Source of the DNA: Buchnera aphidicola str. APS (Acyrthosiphon pisum)
Lineage (GTDB): Bacteria; Pseudomonadota; Gammaproteobacteria; Enterobacterales; Enterobacteriaceae
Direction: 5' to 3'
Assembly: GCF_000009605.1 (NCBI RefSeq)
Contig: NC_002528.1
Span: forward strand, 270,001 to 302,000
DNA: 32,000 bases
Positions within the stretch are counted from its first letter, which is position 1, and each line of letters begins with the position of its first letter. Below are positions 21,466 through 31,931 of this stretch, in pieces. Made by a program: the position numbers and the translations under genes. Below the pieces are notes generated by a model that was not told the DNA's origin, ran no database searches, and worked only from the letters and a program-made list of their open reading frames with translations.

Positions 21466-23415
21466 ATGTTTCAAAATAATCCATTACTTACACAGTTAAA
21501 AAAAAACCTACATGCTAAATCACCACGTGTTGAAGGCATAGTAAAAAGCACTGAAAGAGGATTTGGATTTTTAGAAGTTGATCCGCAAAAAAGTTATTTT
21601 ATACCTCCAAAAAATATGAAAAATGTTATGCATGGAGATAAAATAATTGCATTATTAACAACAGAAAAAGATCGAGAAATAGTTGAACCTGAAAAATTAA
21701 TTGAACCTTTTCTAAATAGATTTGTTGGAAAAATAGAGAAAAAAGACAATCGCTTATTTATTGTTCCAGATTATCCGTTTTTAAAAGATCTTATAACATG
21801 TCAACCTAACAAAAATTGTATCAATATTTTTCAAAACGGAGATTGGGCTGTAGCTCAATTAAAAAAACATAAACTCAAAGGAGATCATCTTTTTTATGCT
21901 GAGTTAACTGAAAAAATTACTCAAGAAGATGATCCATTAATACCATGGTGGGTAACTCTAGCACGTCACGATCTTGACAGGAAAGAACCTTTAGCAGAAG
22001 ACGATGATCTTATATTAAAAGAAAGCGATAATAGAAAAGATTTAACAGATTTAGATTTTATTACTATCGATAATACAAATACAAAAGATATTGATGATGC
22101 TCTTTTTGTAAGTGAAAAAAATAATGGAGATATTTCTTTAATTGTCGCTATTGCAGATCCAACCGCTTATATTAAACATGGTAGTAAATTAGATGTTATA
22201 GCATCTAAAAGAATATTTACAAATTATTTACCAGGTTTTAACATTCCTATGTTACCCCGTAATTTATCAGAAGATATATGTTCATTAAATCCTAACAAAC
22301 GTCGCCCTGTATTGGCATGTCATATTACGGTTTTAAAAAATGGAAATATCTCTAATAAAATTGAGTTTTTTTTAGCCTGGATTAAATCAAAATCAAAATT
22401 ATCTTACGATCATGTTTCAGATTGGATTGAAAAAATAGGGTCATGGATACCACCAACAAAATCTATTGCAAATCAAATATTAATTTTACATCGTCTATGT
22501 TTATTACGTATAAAATGGCGCAAAAAAAATGCAGTGTTATTTAAGGATAGCATAGAATATCGCTTCCATGTATCAGAACATGGAAAAATCATAGATGTGT
22601 TAATTGAAAAAAGGCGTATTGCTCATAAAATTATTGAAGAATCTATGATAGTAGCAAATATATCTGCTGCTAATTTTTTATCTAAAAATATTGGTTTTGG
22701 TATATATAATGTTCATTCTGGTTTTGATCTTGTTAATGCTGAAAATGCAGTATCCTTTTTGAGAAGTTACAATTTAAACTTTACTGTGAAAGAAATAACT
22801 ACATTGAAAGGTTTTTGTAATCTAAGACGTGTATTGAATATTATATCTAATAATTACATCGATAGTCGTATCCGTCGTTTTCAATCTTTTGGAGATTTCA
22901 GTACTATACCAGGACCACATTTTGCACTTGGTTTTTCAGAATATGCAACCTGGACTTCTCCTATTCGTAAATATAGTGATATGATTAATCATCGTTTATT
23001 AAAATCTATTATAAAAAAAGAAAAGTCAATTAAACCTGGTGAAGATATTAAAATAAAAATAAGTGAACAAAGACGACGTAATAGAATGGCTGAAAGAGAT
23101 GTTTTAGATTGGCTTTATACTATATTTTTACAGAAAAAAAAATATCAAAACCAAAAATTTAACGCGGAAATAACTGATATTTCTAGGAGTGGAATAAGAG
23201 CCAGATTAATAGAAAATGGTGCTAATGTTTTTATTCCTGGAACTCTAATACATCCTATTAGAGAAGAATTAAATTTTAATCAAGAATCAGGAAAAGTTTT
23301 TATTAATGGTATTATGCATTATAAAATATCTGATTTGATTCAAGTCACTTTATCAGATATTCGTTTGAAAACTCGTAGTATTATTGCCAAACCTGTATTT
23401 GAAAAATTTAAATAA
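21466..23415 (+). CDS. rnb: Exoribonuclease II (RNase II)
   Basis: MFQNNPLLTQLKK.L....PR.EG.VK.TE.GFGFLEV...KSYFIPP is identical in pattern to the E. coli Rnb N-terminus. RNB domain (ITIDN..TKDIDDALF; YATWTSPIRKYSDMINHRLLK) and a C-terminal S1 domain. The ATG at 21466 gives 649 aa against 644. The TTG at 21451 is unnecessary. Confidence 0.95.
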   Translation: MFQNNPLLTQLKKNLHAKSPRVEGIVKSTERGFGFLEVDPQKSYFIPPKNMKNVMHGDKIIALLTTEKDREIVEPEKLIEPFLNRFVGKIEKKDNRLFIVPDYPFLKDLITCQPNKNCINIFQNGDWAVAQLKKHKLKGDHLFYAELTEKITQEDDPLIPWWVTLARHDLDRKEPLAEDDDLILKESDNRKDLTDLDFITIDNTNTKDIDDALFVSEKNNGDISLIVAIADPTAYIKHGSKLDVIASKRIFTNYLPGFNIPMLPRNLSEDICSLNPNKRRPVLACHITVLKNGNISNKIEFFLAWIKSKSKLSYDHVSDWIEKIGSWIPPTKSIANQILILHRLCLLRIKWRKKNAVLFKDSIEYRFHVSEHGKIIDVLIEKRRIAHKIIEESMIVANISAANFLSKNIGFGIYNVHSGFDLVNAENAVSFLRSYNLNFTVKEITTLKGFCNLRRVLNIISNNYIDSRIRRFQSFGDFSTIPGPHFALGFSEYATWTSPIRKYSDMINHRLLKSIIKKEKSIKPGEDIKIKISEQRRRNRMAERDVLDWLYTIFLQKKKYQNQKFNAEITDISRSGIRARLIENGANVFIPGTLIHPIREELNFNQESGKVFINGIMHYKISDLIQVTLSDIRLKTRSIIAKPVFEKFK

Positions 23416-23523
23416 GAAATAAATATGCTATTTTATTCAGTATAAAAATCAGAAGACTACCTGAAACATAATAAAAATTTTTTCAATAAGTTATGAAAAT
23501 TAAATATAAATTAGGAGTATAAT

Positions 23524-24171
23524 ATGAATATTTCAATTTTTGATTTATCTATATATATAAAATTTTTTATAGGTTTATGTGCTTTAGTTAATCCAATTGG
23601 AATGATTCCTATCTTTACAACTATGACAAATAATCAATCTTTTTTAGAAAGAAAGAAGACTAATATAGTAGCTAATTTTTCAGTATCATTAATTTTATTA
23701 ATATCATTATTTTTTGGTAGTAATATTTTAAATATTTTTGGTATATCTATTAATTCTTTTCGTATTGCTGGTGGAATTCTAATTATTAGCATAGCTTTTT
23801 CTATGATTAGCGGTCAATTCATTAAAACAATAAAAACTAAAAAAGAAACAAAAGAAGAAAATAAAATAGATAATATTAGTGTTGTTCCCTTGGCAATGCC
23901 TTTAATTGCTGGTCCAGGGGCAATTAGTTCTACTATTGTTTGGAGTACTTATTATTCAAGTTGGGCTAATTTATTTTTATGTAGTTTAGTAATTTTCTTA
24001 TTTTCTTTTGTTTGTTGGTTATGTTTTGAAGCTGCTCCATATGTTGTGCAAATTCTAGGAAACACAGGAATTAATATCATTACTCGTATTATGGGTTTAT
24101 TATTAATGTCTCTTGGAATAGAGTTTATTAGTACTGGTATAGGTGCTATTTTCCCAGGATTATTACATTGA
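23524..24171 (+). CDS. ychE: MarC-family (UPF0056) integral membrane protein YchE homologue
   Basis: 215 aa with six hydrophobic segments. MarC-family blocks NPIG.IPIF, PLAMPLIAGPGAIS and RIMGLLL. AGGAG lies 7 nt upstream of the ATG. Confidence 0.85.
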   Translation: MNISIFDLSIYIKFFIGLCALVNPIGMIPIFTTMTNNQSFLERKKTNIVANFSVSLILLISLFFGSNILNIFGISINSFRIAGGILIISIAFSMISGQFIKTIKTKKETKEENKIDNISVVPLAMPLIAGPGAISSTIVWSTYYSSWANLFLCSLVIFLFSFVCWLCFEAAPYVVQILGNTGINIITRIMGLLLMSLGIEFISTGIGAIFPGLLH

Positions 24172-24208
24172 TCTATTTTTTTATATTTAAATTTTTACCG
24201 GATGATTC

Positions 24209-24844
24209 TTGAAAAAAAAAATTATTTTTTTGCGTAATTTAGGAATAGAACATTGGTTAACAACATTTAATAAAATGAATAATTTTATTATATCACGCAA
24301 TCCTTGTACTTACGATGAAATTTGGTTTGTAGAACATTATCCTATTTTTACTCAAGGGCAATCGAATGAACAAAAAAATTTAATTGTTTCTAATGATATT
24401 CCAGTAGTACAAACTAACAGAGGCGGTCAAATTACATATCACGGACCCGGACAACAGATATTATATTTTTTAATTGATCTAAAACGTAGAAAAATGAATA
24501 TTCGTCAATTAATAAATATAATGGAACAAACAGTAATTGAAACTTTAAACAATTTTTCTATTCAAGCATACACTAAAAAAAAAATGCCAGGTGTATATAT
24601 TAATGAAAAAAAAATATGTTCTTTAGGATTGCGCATAAAAAAAGGGTTTACTCTTCATGGTTTAGCATTAAATGTTAATATGAATTTAACACCATTTAAC
24701 TACATTCATCCTTGCGGAGATAAAAATATGAAGATGACACAAATAAAAGATTTTAATTCAAATGTTAAATTAAAAGATGTAAGGTTTATTTTAATTAAAG
24801 AGTTATCTAAATTTTTAGAAATTTTTATAATCAACAGTAATTAA
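24209..24844 (+). CDS. lipB: Octanoyltransferase LipB
   Basis: DEIWFVEHYPIFTQGQ, RGGQITYHGPGQ, KKICSLGLRIKKG.T.HGLALNVNM.L.PF..I.PCG match E. coli LipB, including catalytic Lys and Cys. The start is uncertain: TTG at 24209, or ATG at 24202 if the A10 tract is read as A11 (see finding). Confidence 0.9.
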   Translation: MKKKIIFLRNLGIEHWLTTFNKMNNFIISRNPCTYDEIWFVEHYPIFTQGQSNEQKNLIVSNDIPVVQTNRGGQITYHGPGQQILYFLIDLKRRKMNIRQLINIMEQTVIETLNNFSIQAYTKKKMPGVYINEKKICSLGLRIKKGFTLHGLALNVNMNLTPFNYIHPCGDKNMKMTQIKDFNSNVKLKDVRFILIKELSKFLEIFIINSN

Positions 24845-24962
24845 AATAAAAAATTCACTAAATAAATTTTGTTTTTTTATCTTAAATTTCTCCGTATAAG
24901 AATTATTTTAAAGTTAATTTTCAACATATATTTTCATCTTTGTAATTGAGATAATAAATTGT

Positions 24963-25934
24963 ATGAAAAAAAATAAAGATGTTTTATTAAAAAATAAAAT
25001 ATTAAAAAAATTAAATATTATCAATATTAAAAATCTTGATAACATTAAAGAAAAATTAAAAAAACCTGATTGGATAAAAATTAAAATACCCGTTAATACG
25101 TCTCGTATATATCAAATAAAAAATGCTTTACGTAAAAATAATCTATATTCTGTTTGTGAAGAAGCTCATTGTCCAAATTTATCTGAATGTTTTAATAATG
25201 GTACTGCAACATTCATGATTCTAGGATCTATATGCACACGAAACTGTCCTTTTTGCGCTGTTTTTCACGGAAGACCTAATCCTGTAAATGTAGAAGAACC
25301 TCAAAAATTATCTGATACTATTTTTGATATGGGGATTAATTATGTAGTAATTACCTCAGTAGTACGTGATGACTTATATGATGGGGGAGCTGAACATTTC
25401 GTTAATTGTATCAAGGCTATTAAAAATAAAAATCAAGTAAAAATTGAAATATTAGTTCCAGACTTTCGAGGAAGAATAGAATTAATTTTAAATATTTTTA
25501 ATAAGGCATTGCCTGATATTTTTAATCATAATATAGAAAATGTTCCTAGACTGTTTAAAAAAATTCGTCCAGGAGCAAATTATCAAAGATCATTATTATT
25601 ATTAGAGTCGTTTAAAAAAAAATATTGCAGTGTATTAACTAAATCAGGTTTAATGTTGGGTCTGGGTGAAAAAGATGTAGAAATTATTCAAGTAATGAAA
25701 GATCTTTATTCAAGTGGTGTAACGTTATTAACGGTAGGTCAATATCTTCAACCTAGTATTCATCATTTACCAGTAAAACGGTATATACCTCTTTCAGAAT
25801 TTGAAAATATAAAAAAAGAAGCTTTATCGATTGGGTTTACTAATGCTTTTTGTGGTCCTTTTATTCGTTCATCATATCATGCTAGTTTTCAATCGCATTT
25901 ACCTATTAAAAATAATGATATTAATAATATTTAA
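24963..25934 (+). CDS. lipA: Lipoyl synthase LipA (radical SAM)
   Basis: Both cluster motifs are present: [12 protein letters not shown] and CTRNCPFC. Also [15 protein letters not shown] and GQYLQPS.HHLPV.RY. 323 aa against 321 in E. coli. Confidence 0.96.
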   Translation: MKKNKDVLLKNKILKKLNIINIKNLDNIKEKLKKPDWIKIKIPVNTSRIYQIKNALRKNNLYSVCEEAHCPNLSECFNNGTATFMILGSICTRNCPFCAVFHGRPNPVNVEEPQKLSDTIFDMGINYVVITSVVRDDLYDGGAEHFVNCIKAIKNKNQVKIEILVPDFRGRIELILNIFNKALPDIFNHNIENVPRLFKKIRPGANYQRSLLLLESFKKKYCSVLTKSGLMLGLGEKDVEIIQVMKDLYSSGVTLLTVGQYLQPSIHHLPVKRYIPLSEFENIKKEALSIGFTNAFCGPFIRSSYHASFQSHLPIKNNDINNI

Positions 25935-26038
25935 CAGTTAACTTTTATATGTAATGTAATTAGAATATTTTACATCGAAAAATATATAGAAAATAATATT
26001 TTTTTAATTATATATATTTTTTATACTAGAGGTCTATA

Positions 26039-26749
26039 GTGTTGAATCCTAATATTTTTCACATGCCGAAAATAATCATTGCGTTAGATTTCTGTAATAA
26101 AAAGTCCGCTATGAAATTAGTAAATCTTCTTAATCCATCAATTTTTTATTTAAAAATTGGAAAAGAAATGTTTACAATTCTAGGTTGCAAATTTGTCAAA
26201 GAATTACACCAACTAGGATTTAATATATTTCTTGATTTAAAATTTCATGATATTCCGAATACTGTATTTAACGCTACAAAGGCGGCAGCTGATTTAGGGA
26301 TATGGATGTTAAGTGTTCATGCTTCTGGTGGTAAAGAAATGCTAATCTCGGCAAAAAAAGCATTAAAATCTTTTAAAAAAGCTCCTTTATTGATAGCCGT
26401 TACAGCATTAACTAGTTTTAAAGAAGAAGCATTAAAAGAAATTGGAATTAATATTTCATTAACTGAATATATTTTAAAATTATCAAAATTATCTAATGAT
26501 TGTGGATTAGATGGTATTGTATGTCCAGGTAAAGAAGCAAAGAAAATCAAGTTTTTATTTGGAAATAAATATAAAATTATTACGCCAGGTATTAGAATTG
26601 CTAAAGATTTACTATATGATCAAAATAACATTATTACTCCTAAAGAAGCAAAAGAATATAAAATAGATTACATAGTAATAGGACGTTCTATTACTATGTC
26701 AAAAAATCCAATTAAAAAATTAGATTTAATAATAAAATCGATGCAATAA
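26039..26749 (+). CDS. pyrF: Orotidine-5'-phosphate decarboxylase
   Basis: [28 protein letters not shown] (catalytic DxKxxD), TPGIR and DYIVIGR. GTG at 26039 (AGAGG upstream) or ATG at 26063 are both possible starts. Confidence 0.92.
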   Translation: MLNPNIFHMPKIIIALDFCNKKSAMKLVNLLNPSIFYLKIGKEMFTILGCKFVKELHQLGFNIFLDLKFHDIPNTVFNATKAAADLGIWMLSVHASGGKEMLISAKKALKSFKKAPLLIAVTALTSFKEEALKEIGINISLTEYILKLSKLSNDCGLDGIVCPGKEAKKIKFLFGNKYKIITPGIRIAKDLLYDQNNIITPKEAKEYKIDYIVIGRSITMSKNPIKKLDLIIKSMQ

Positions 26750-26796
26750 ATAACAATTTTAAAAAATATTTATTTAATTGTAAATTAGGAGAATTT

Positions 26797-27381
26797 ATGC
26801 AATTAATAGAAAAAGCCATGTTACCTACTCCTTGGGGAAATTTTCTTATCTTTGGTTTTGAAGAAAAGAAAAATGGGAAAAATCATGTTGCTCTTGTATA
26901 TGGTGATATAAAAACAAACACTCCTACTCTTTCTAGAGTACATTCAGAATGTCTAACAGGAGATGCTTTTTTTAGTTTACGTTGTGATTGCGGTAGTCAA
27001 CTAGAAATGTCTATGAAAAGAATTTCTCAGGAAGGCAGTGGTGTATTAATTTATCATCGTCAGGAAGGGAGGAATATTGGTCTTCTTAACAAAATAAAAG
27101 CATACGCTTTACAAGATAGAGGCTTAGACACGGTTCAAGCAAATCAAAAACTTGGTTTTTCTGCAGATGAGAGAGATTTTTCATTATGCGCTGATATATT
27201 TAATATATTAAATATTAAAAAAATTCGTTTATTAACAAATAATCCATTTAAAGTGCAGATGCTGAGTGATGCCGGAATAAATATTGTAGAACGTGTTCCT
27301 CTTATTGTAAAAAAAAATCCTAAAAATGCTTATTATTTAAAAACTAAAGCTGAAAAAATGGGTCACTTGTTGTCTGAATAA
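26797..27381 (+). CDS. ribA: GTP cyclohydrolase II
   Basis: [23 protein letters not shown] (zinc site), [21 protein letters not shown], and C-terminal [10 protein letters not shown]. 194 aa against 196 in E. coli. GGAG lies upstream. Confidence 0.96.
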   Translation: MQLIEKAMLPTPWGNFLIFGFEEKKNGKNHVALVYGDIKTNTPTLSRVHSECLTGDAFFSLRCDCGSQLEMSMKRISQEGSGVLIYHRQEGRNIGLLNKIKAYALQDRGLDTVQANQKLGFSADERDFSLCADIFNILNIKKIRLLTNNPFKVQMLSDAGINIVERVPLIVKKNPKNAYYLKTKAEKMGHLLSE

Positions 27382-27453
27382 GTACGATTAATTATTTAAT
27401 AATATAAATTTAATTTTGAATTTGTAAAAATAAATTTTACTGTTTAAGGAGTA

Positions 27454-27474
27454 GGGGTTTTTTTGATGAACCCC
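27454..27474. terminator. GC-cored hairpin between the convergent ribA and hns (weak terminator candidate)
   Basis: GGGGTT (27454-59), a 9-nt loop TTTTTGATG, then AACCCC (27469-74). It is the only G/C cluster in the 103-bp spacer. No canonical trailing U-tract on either strand. Confidence 0.25.
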
Positions 27475-27484
27475 CGGATTAAAA

Positions 27485-27898
27485 TTATAACAAAAAATCT
27501 TCTAATATTTTTTTACGCTCTAAAATAGCATTTTTAATAACTGATGGAGTGCGACCTTGACCAGTCCATGTTTTAAAATCTCCGTTTTTATTAATATATT
27601 TATATTTTGCTGGTCTTTTAGGTCTTTTGCGTTTTTCTGATGATTTAATAGAATTAGTTTTTGTTAGTAATTCGTTAGGGTTAATACCATCAGCAATCAA
27701 CATTTCTCTATATTTTTTTAATTTTATTGCCCTCTGTGCTATTTCTTCTTTTATTTTCTTTTCTTCTTTTTTTCTTTCATTAATAACAACTTTAAATTTT
27801 TCTAATATTTCCTCTAGAATTTCTAAAGAACATTCTCGTGAATGTACACGAAGTGTACGAATATTATTTAGAATTTTTAGTATTTCATTCATCATCAT
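27485..27898 (-). CDS. hns: Nucleoid-associated DNA-binding protein H-NS
   Basis: [27 protein letters not shown] matches the H-NS N-terminal dimerisation region. [16 protein letters not shown], and the C-terminal DNA-binding motif [13 protein letters not shown]. Three tandem ATGs (27898, 27895, 27892) align with the E. coli start. The ORF-track start at 27919 adds 7 residues with no homology. Confidence 0.92.
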   Translation of the reverse strand: MMMNEILKILNNIRTLRVHSRECSLEILEEILEKFKVVINERKKEEKKIKEEIAQRAIKLKKYREMLIADGINPNELLTKTNSIKSSEKRKRPKRPAKYKYINKNGDFKTWTGQGRTPSVIKNAILERKKILEDFLL

Positions 27899-28237
27899 GT
27901 TCTCATTATATCCGTTCAAGGTAAAAATTTTTTTACTTAAAAATTAATATCAAAAATGAGAAATTAATAATTTTAATATATTTAAAAGAACTGATTTATT
28001 AAAACTATAAAAATTTTTCTTATAAAATATTATATAAAAAATTTTTACACTTTGGCACTTAAAATATATAAAAATTAAACAAAATACTACGTTTTTATAT
28101 AAATATATAACATGGTTTTGTTGTACGTACAATATAATGATTTCATAAAATATAAATATATATATTTATTATAGTGAAATATTCTATTGATAAAATAAAA
28201 TTTATTATTGATTAAAATTTTTTAAAAATTGTTATTA

Positions 28238-29698
28238 TTACAATAATGGACTTAAAAAGTAAAATATTTTTTCAAGAATTCTTTTCCAATATGCGCGCAT
28301 AGACCAAGCTTTTTTATCTATTAACTGGGAATCAGAAATATATTTATTTTGTATACAAAACAAATTACGTCCAAAATCACTATCATCAATAACCAAAGTT
28401 ATTTCGAAATTTAACCAAAGACTTCTCATATCTAGATTAACAGTCCCAATTAAACTTAGTTGTTGATCTACTAATATACTTTTACTATGTAATAATCCTT
28501 TTTGAAATTGAAAAATTTTTACACCTGCTTCTAATAACTCACTAAAAAAAACTCTACTGGCCCATTTTACTAAAATAGAATCATTATATAAAGGTATAAT
28601 GATGCTAACTTCTACTCCTCTTTGAGCTGCAGTACAAATAGCTTCTAATAAATCTTCACTAGGAACTAAATAAGGGGTAGTTATGATTAATTCACGTTTA
28701 GCTGAATAAATAGCTGTCAATAACGCTTGATGAATCATATTTTTAAGAAAACCCGGTCCGGATGCAATTACTTGAATACTAGCGTTTTTATTAGATTGAT
28801 TTTCTAACATTTTTTTATTTGGTAATTGAGGCAAGATTTTTAAACCTGTTTCAATTTCCCAATCACAAGAGTAAATTATACCCATTGTTGTAGCAATAGG
28901 CCCTTCTATTCTTGTCATTAGATCAATCCATTGTCCAATTTCAGAAGATTTTTTAAATAAATAAGGATCTACAAGATTCATGCTACCAGAATATGCAATA
29001 TAATTATCAATTAATATAATTTTTCTGTGTTGTCTAACATCAACACGTCTTAAAAAAACTCGTAATAAATTCACTTTTAAAGCTTCTACTACTTGAATTC
29101 CAGATTTTCTCATAATTTCAACCCAGGGGCTCTGAAAAAATTCAATACTTCCTGCTGAATCAAGCATTAATCTACAATGTATTCCACGTTTTGCAGAATC
29201 AATCAGAGCTATTGCCACATCATCTGCCATCCCACCTGGTTTCCAAATATAAAAAACCATTTCAATATTTTTACGTGCTAAATAAATATCACGTATTAAT
29301 ATTTGCATAATTTTCTTGGTATTAGTTAATAATTTAATTTTCTTGCTTTTAATTCCGTGTAGACCTTGTCTATTTTTACATAACTGAAATATAGAAGTAG
29401 CTACTTCACTATTTTTTATTTGAAAAATATATGTACAAGACTTTAATTCATGAAGCCATTTATTAGAAATGGACCATATTCTATTTGCAATTTTTTTTTG
29501 TCTTTTCCCTAAATAAAGCTCACCAAAAAAAAACCAAATAGAAATACCAATAAAAGGAATAATATAAATTGTTAGTAACCAAGACATGGAATAAGGTATA
29601 TTGCGGCGTTTAATTAAGACTCGAAAGGTAATATTAGCAATTAGTAACCAATATGTTGAAAAAATTAAACATTTGATTAAATTATAGAAAATATCCAT
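28238..29698 (-). CDS. cls: Cardiolipin synthase A
   Basis: 486 aa, the same as E. coli ClsA. Two N-terminal TM segments (YWLLIA..T.R.L.KRR) and two PLD HKD motifs (HRKIILIDN...GSMNL and HSKSILVDQ...GTVNLD). Confidence 0.95.
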   Translation of the reverse strand: MDIFYNLIKCLIFSTYWLLIANITFRVLIKRRNIPYSMSWLLTIYIIPFIGISIWFFFGELYLGKRQKKIANRIWSISNKWLHELKSCTYIFQIKNSEVATSIFQLCKNRQGLHGIKSKKIKLLTNTKKIMQILIRDIYLARKNIEMVFYIWKPGGMADDVAIALIDSAKRGIHCRLMLDSAGSIEFFQSPWVEIMRKSGIQVVEALKVNLLRVFLRRVDVRQHRKIILIDNYIAYSGSMNLVDPYLFKKSSEIGQWIDLMTRIEGPIATTMGIIYSCDWEIETGLKILPQLPNKKMLENQSNKNASIQVIASGPGFLKNMIHQALLTAIYSAKRELIITTPYLVPSEDLLEAICTAAQRGVEVSIIIPLYNDSILVKWASRVFFSELLEAGVKIFQFQKGLLHSKSILVDQQLSLIGTVNLDMRSLWLNFEITLVIDDSDFGRNLFCIQNKYISDSQLIDKKAWSMRAYWKRILEKIFYFLSPLL

Positions 29699-30078
29699 CC
29701 ATTGAAGGTCCTATTTATGATTTTGTCAAAAGATCTTCTATTTAATTAAATATTTTTTATTTTTTTAGAAAAGTATATATAATATTTAAAGTAGTAGAAT
29801 AATGTATATATATTAAAACTTATTCATGAATATAAAAAATGAATCTGATTCTAAAAATTAATAAAAAAATTATTTTTTTGTTCAACACTTTTTAAAAAAC
29901 AGCGATTTAGCAATAAATAAAAATATAATTAGTTTTATCCAGTGTTGAACGTAATATTTTGAAAATATTTTTTATAAGAAAACAATAATTTTTTATAAGT
30001 ATATATTTTTTAAAATTTTTTAAGTGAATGTAAAAGAATTAAAAATAATGACTTCTATTTTACAATAAATCATATTAT

Positions 30079-30486
30079 TTAAATAATACTCATAGGTAAT
30101 AACTCACGGGGTTGTCCCGTCTTATTAATAGCTACATAAATAAATATTGCTTCTGCAGCACAGTAGTATTGACCTAATGGTTTAGAATAAATTTTTTTAA
30201 TCCATATTTCTACATTAATTTTAATAGAACTTTTTCCAATTTTAATGCAATTTGCATAACAATTAACAATATCACCAACTGACACAGATTTTAGAAAATT
30301 AATACTATCAACACGTACAGTAGCTACCTTGCCACCAGAAATTTCTTTAGCCAATATTGCGCCGCCTAGATCCATTTGAGACATAATCCAACCACCAAAA
30401 ATATCACCATTAGCATTAATATTTTCAGGCATTGAAAGTGTTTTTAACACTATTATTCCCTTTGGTAATTTATTTTTTTCTGACAT
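30079..30486 (-). CDS. yciA: Acyl-CoA thioester hydrolase YciA (hotdog fold)
   Basis: L.TLSMPENINANGDIFGGWIMSQMDLGGAILAKEI matches E. coli YciA. The ATG at 30486 gives 135 aa against 132. The GTG at 30501 in the ORF track is a possible alternative. Confidence 0.9.
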   Translation of the reverse strand: MSEKNKLPKGIIVLKTLSMPENINANGDIFGGWIMSQMDLGGAILAKEISGGKVATVRVDSINFLKSVSVGDIVNCYANCIKIGKSSIKINVEIWIKKIYSKPLGQYYCAAEAIFIYVAINKTGQPRELLPMSII

Positions 30487-30522
30487 TATTAAAATGTTCA
30501 CTCTATTATTAGGTTATAAAAA

Positions 30523-31056
30523 TTATTTATTTTTTGATATTTTACAATTGATATAGATACTTGTTATTAAAATTAAAAAAAATGTTAAAGATGTAAAACC
30601 AAAAACTTTAAAATTTACCCATATAGTTTCTGAAAAATAATATGCTATATAAATGTTTAAAATAGCGCAAAATAAAAAAAATAAAGACCAGATAAAATTA
30701 ATTTTGCGCCAATAAATATTAGATATTTTTATATCTTTTTCTAAAAATCTTTGTATCATTGGTTTTCTTGTAAAAAATTGACTAATTAATAATACTAAAG
30801 AAAAAATTATATAAATAATTGTTATTTTCCATTTAATAAATTGACTGTTATGAAAAAAGATTGTTAGAGAACCAAAAAAAAAGACTGAAAGAAAACTAAA
30901 TAAACTAATTTTATCTATTTCATTATAAAAAATCCAATGGATTATACATATTAATCCCGATATAACAATTAGCGAACCAGAAGCTATAAAAATATCATAA
31001 AATTTATAAAATATGAAAAATATGAACATTGGTAATATATTTAATATTTGTTTCAT
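30523..31056 (-). CDS. yciB: Inner-membrane protein YciB (intracellular septation protein A family)
   Basis: MKQILNILPMFIFFIFYKFYDI..., FFHN..FIKWK.T.IY and NIYIA......IWVNFKVFG.T match E. coli YciB. The ATG at 31056 aligns with the E. coli start (177 aa against 179). The TTG at 31080 is unsupported. Confidence 0.9.
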   Translation of the reverse strand: MKQILNILPMFIFFIFYKFYDIFIASGSLIVISGLICIIHWIFYNEIDKISLFSFLSVFFFGSLTIFFHNSQFIKWKITIIYIIFSLVLLISQFFTRKPMIQRFLEKDIKISNIYWRKINFIWSLFFLFCAILNIYIAYYFSETIWVNFKVFGFTSLTFFLILITSIYINCKISKNK

Positions 31057-31083
31057 AATATAAACCTGAATAATTTTCAATTT

Positions 31084-31827
31084 TTAAGAACGCAAGAAAA
31101 TCATATAAAATCGAAATAAGTATATAATTAAAATCGAAAATAGTATATTCATACTAATATTTGATATTAAAAATAGAACGTTTTTGTTAATCAAAGAAAA
31201 ATGAGCTAGCAACATAGTTAAAATAAACTTACCACACATCCAAAATAATACACCTGGTCCTATTATTTTTATATATTTCCAAGAAATATACATACTAAGA
31301 CGAATAGAATCTAGTAATCTATTCTTTTTAAAAAATAAAATAATAGGAGATAAAGATAGTATTATAGATAATAATATTCCTGGGATAATTAACAACATAA
31401 AACCTATCTGAATAATAAAAGTAGTTAAAAAATTTAATATAAATAAACTTGGAAAAAATAAAAAAAAAGTTCTTATTGATGATACAATTGATTTTTTTTT
31501 AGGTTCAGATACAACAGAAATTAAAATGATAATACTTCCTAATAATGTGGTTTTACTAATTAATGATTCCATAATTTTTAAAATAGAATATTTTAATAAT
31601 TCATGTTTTTCATTTAAATTCATATTTTGAATGAATTCTAATAATGAGCTAGTGTTGATAAATTTATTATTTTCCATTATAGACACAATATGCATATCTG
31701 GTTTAATAAACATATCTATTAATATATTCATAAAAGTAGCAAATATAGATATAAAAAAAATAGCTCCTATTTTTTTGTAAAAAAAATGATGCGTATCATG
31801 ACGTAATTTATTTACTGTAATCGGCAT
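31084..31827 (-). CDS. yciC: Inner-membrane protein YciC (UPF0259)
   Basis: FFLFFPSLFILNFLTTFIIQIGFMLLIIPGI and the C-terminal ILIIYLFRFYM match E. coli YciC. The ATG at 31827, with AAGGA 8 nt upstream, gives 247 aa, the E. coli length. Confidence 0.88.
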   Translation of the reverse strand: MPITVNKLRHDTHHFFYKKIGAIFFISIFATFMNILIDMFIKPDMHIVSIMENNKFINTSSLLEFIQNMNLNEKHELLKYSILKIMESLISKTTLLGSIIILISVVSEPKKKSIVSSIRTFFLFFPSLFILNFLTTFIIQIGFMLLIIPGILLSIILSLSPIILFFKKNRLLDSIRLSMYISWKYIKIIGPGVLFWMCGKFILTMLLAHFSLINKNVLFLISNISMNILFSILIIYLFRFYMIFLRS

Positions 31828-31931
31828 ATGTATATTCCTTATAAATAACTTTATATGATGCAAAGATTATACATATTATTTGATATGAGAATGTTTTTAA
31901 AACATAAAAGATTACATATTATATAAAAATA

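Noticed and set aside
27466-27528. A mini-ORF ([20 protein letters not shown]) starting at ATG 27466, downstream of AAGGAG
   Set aside because: The SD-to-ATG spacing is about 13 nt, which is too long. The ORF overlaps the hns 3' end antisense. The peptide is low-complexity and nothing indicates conservation.
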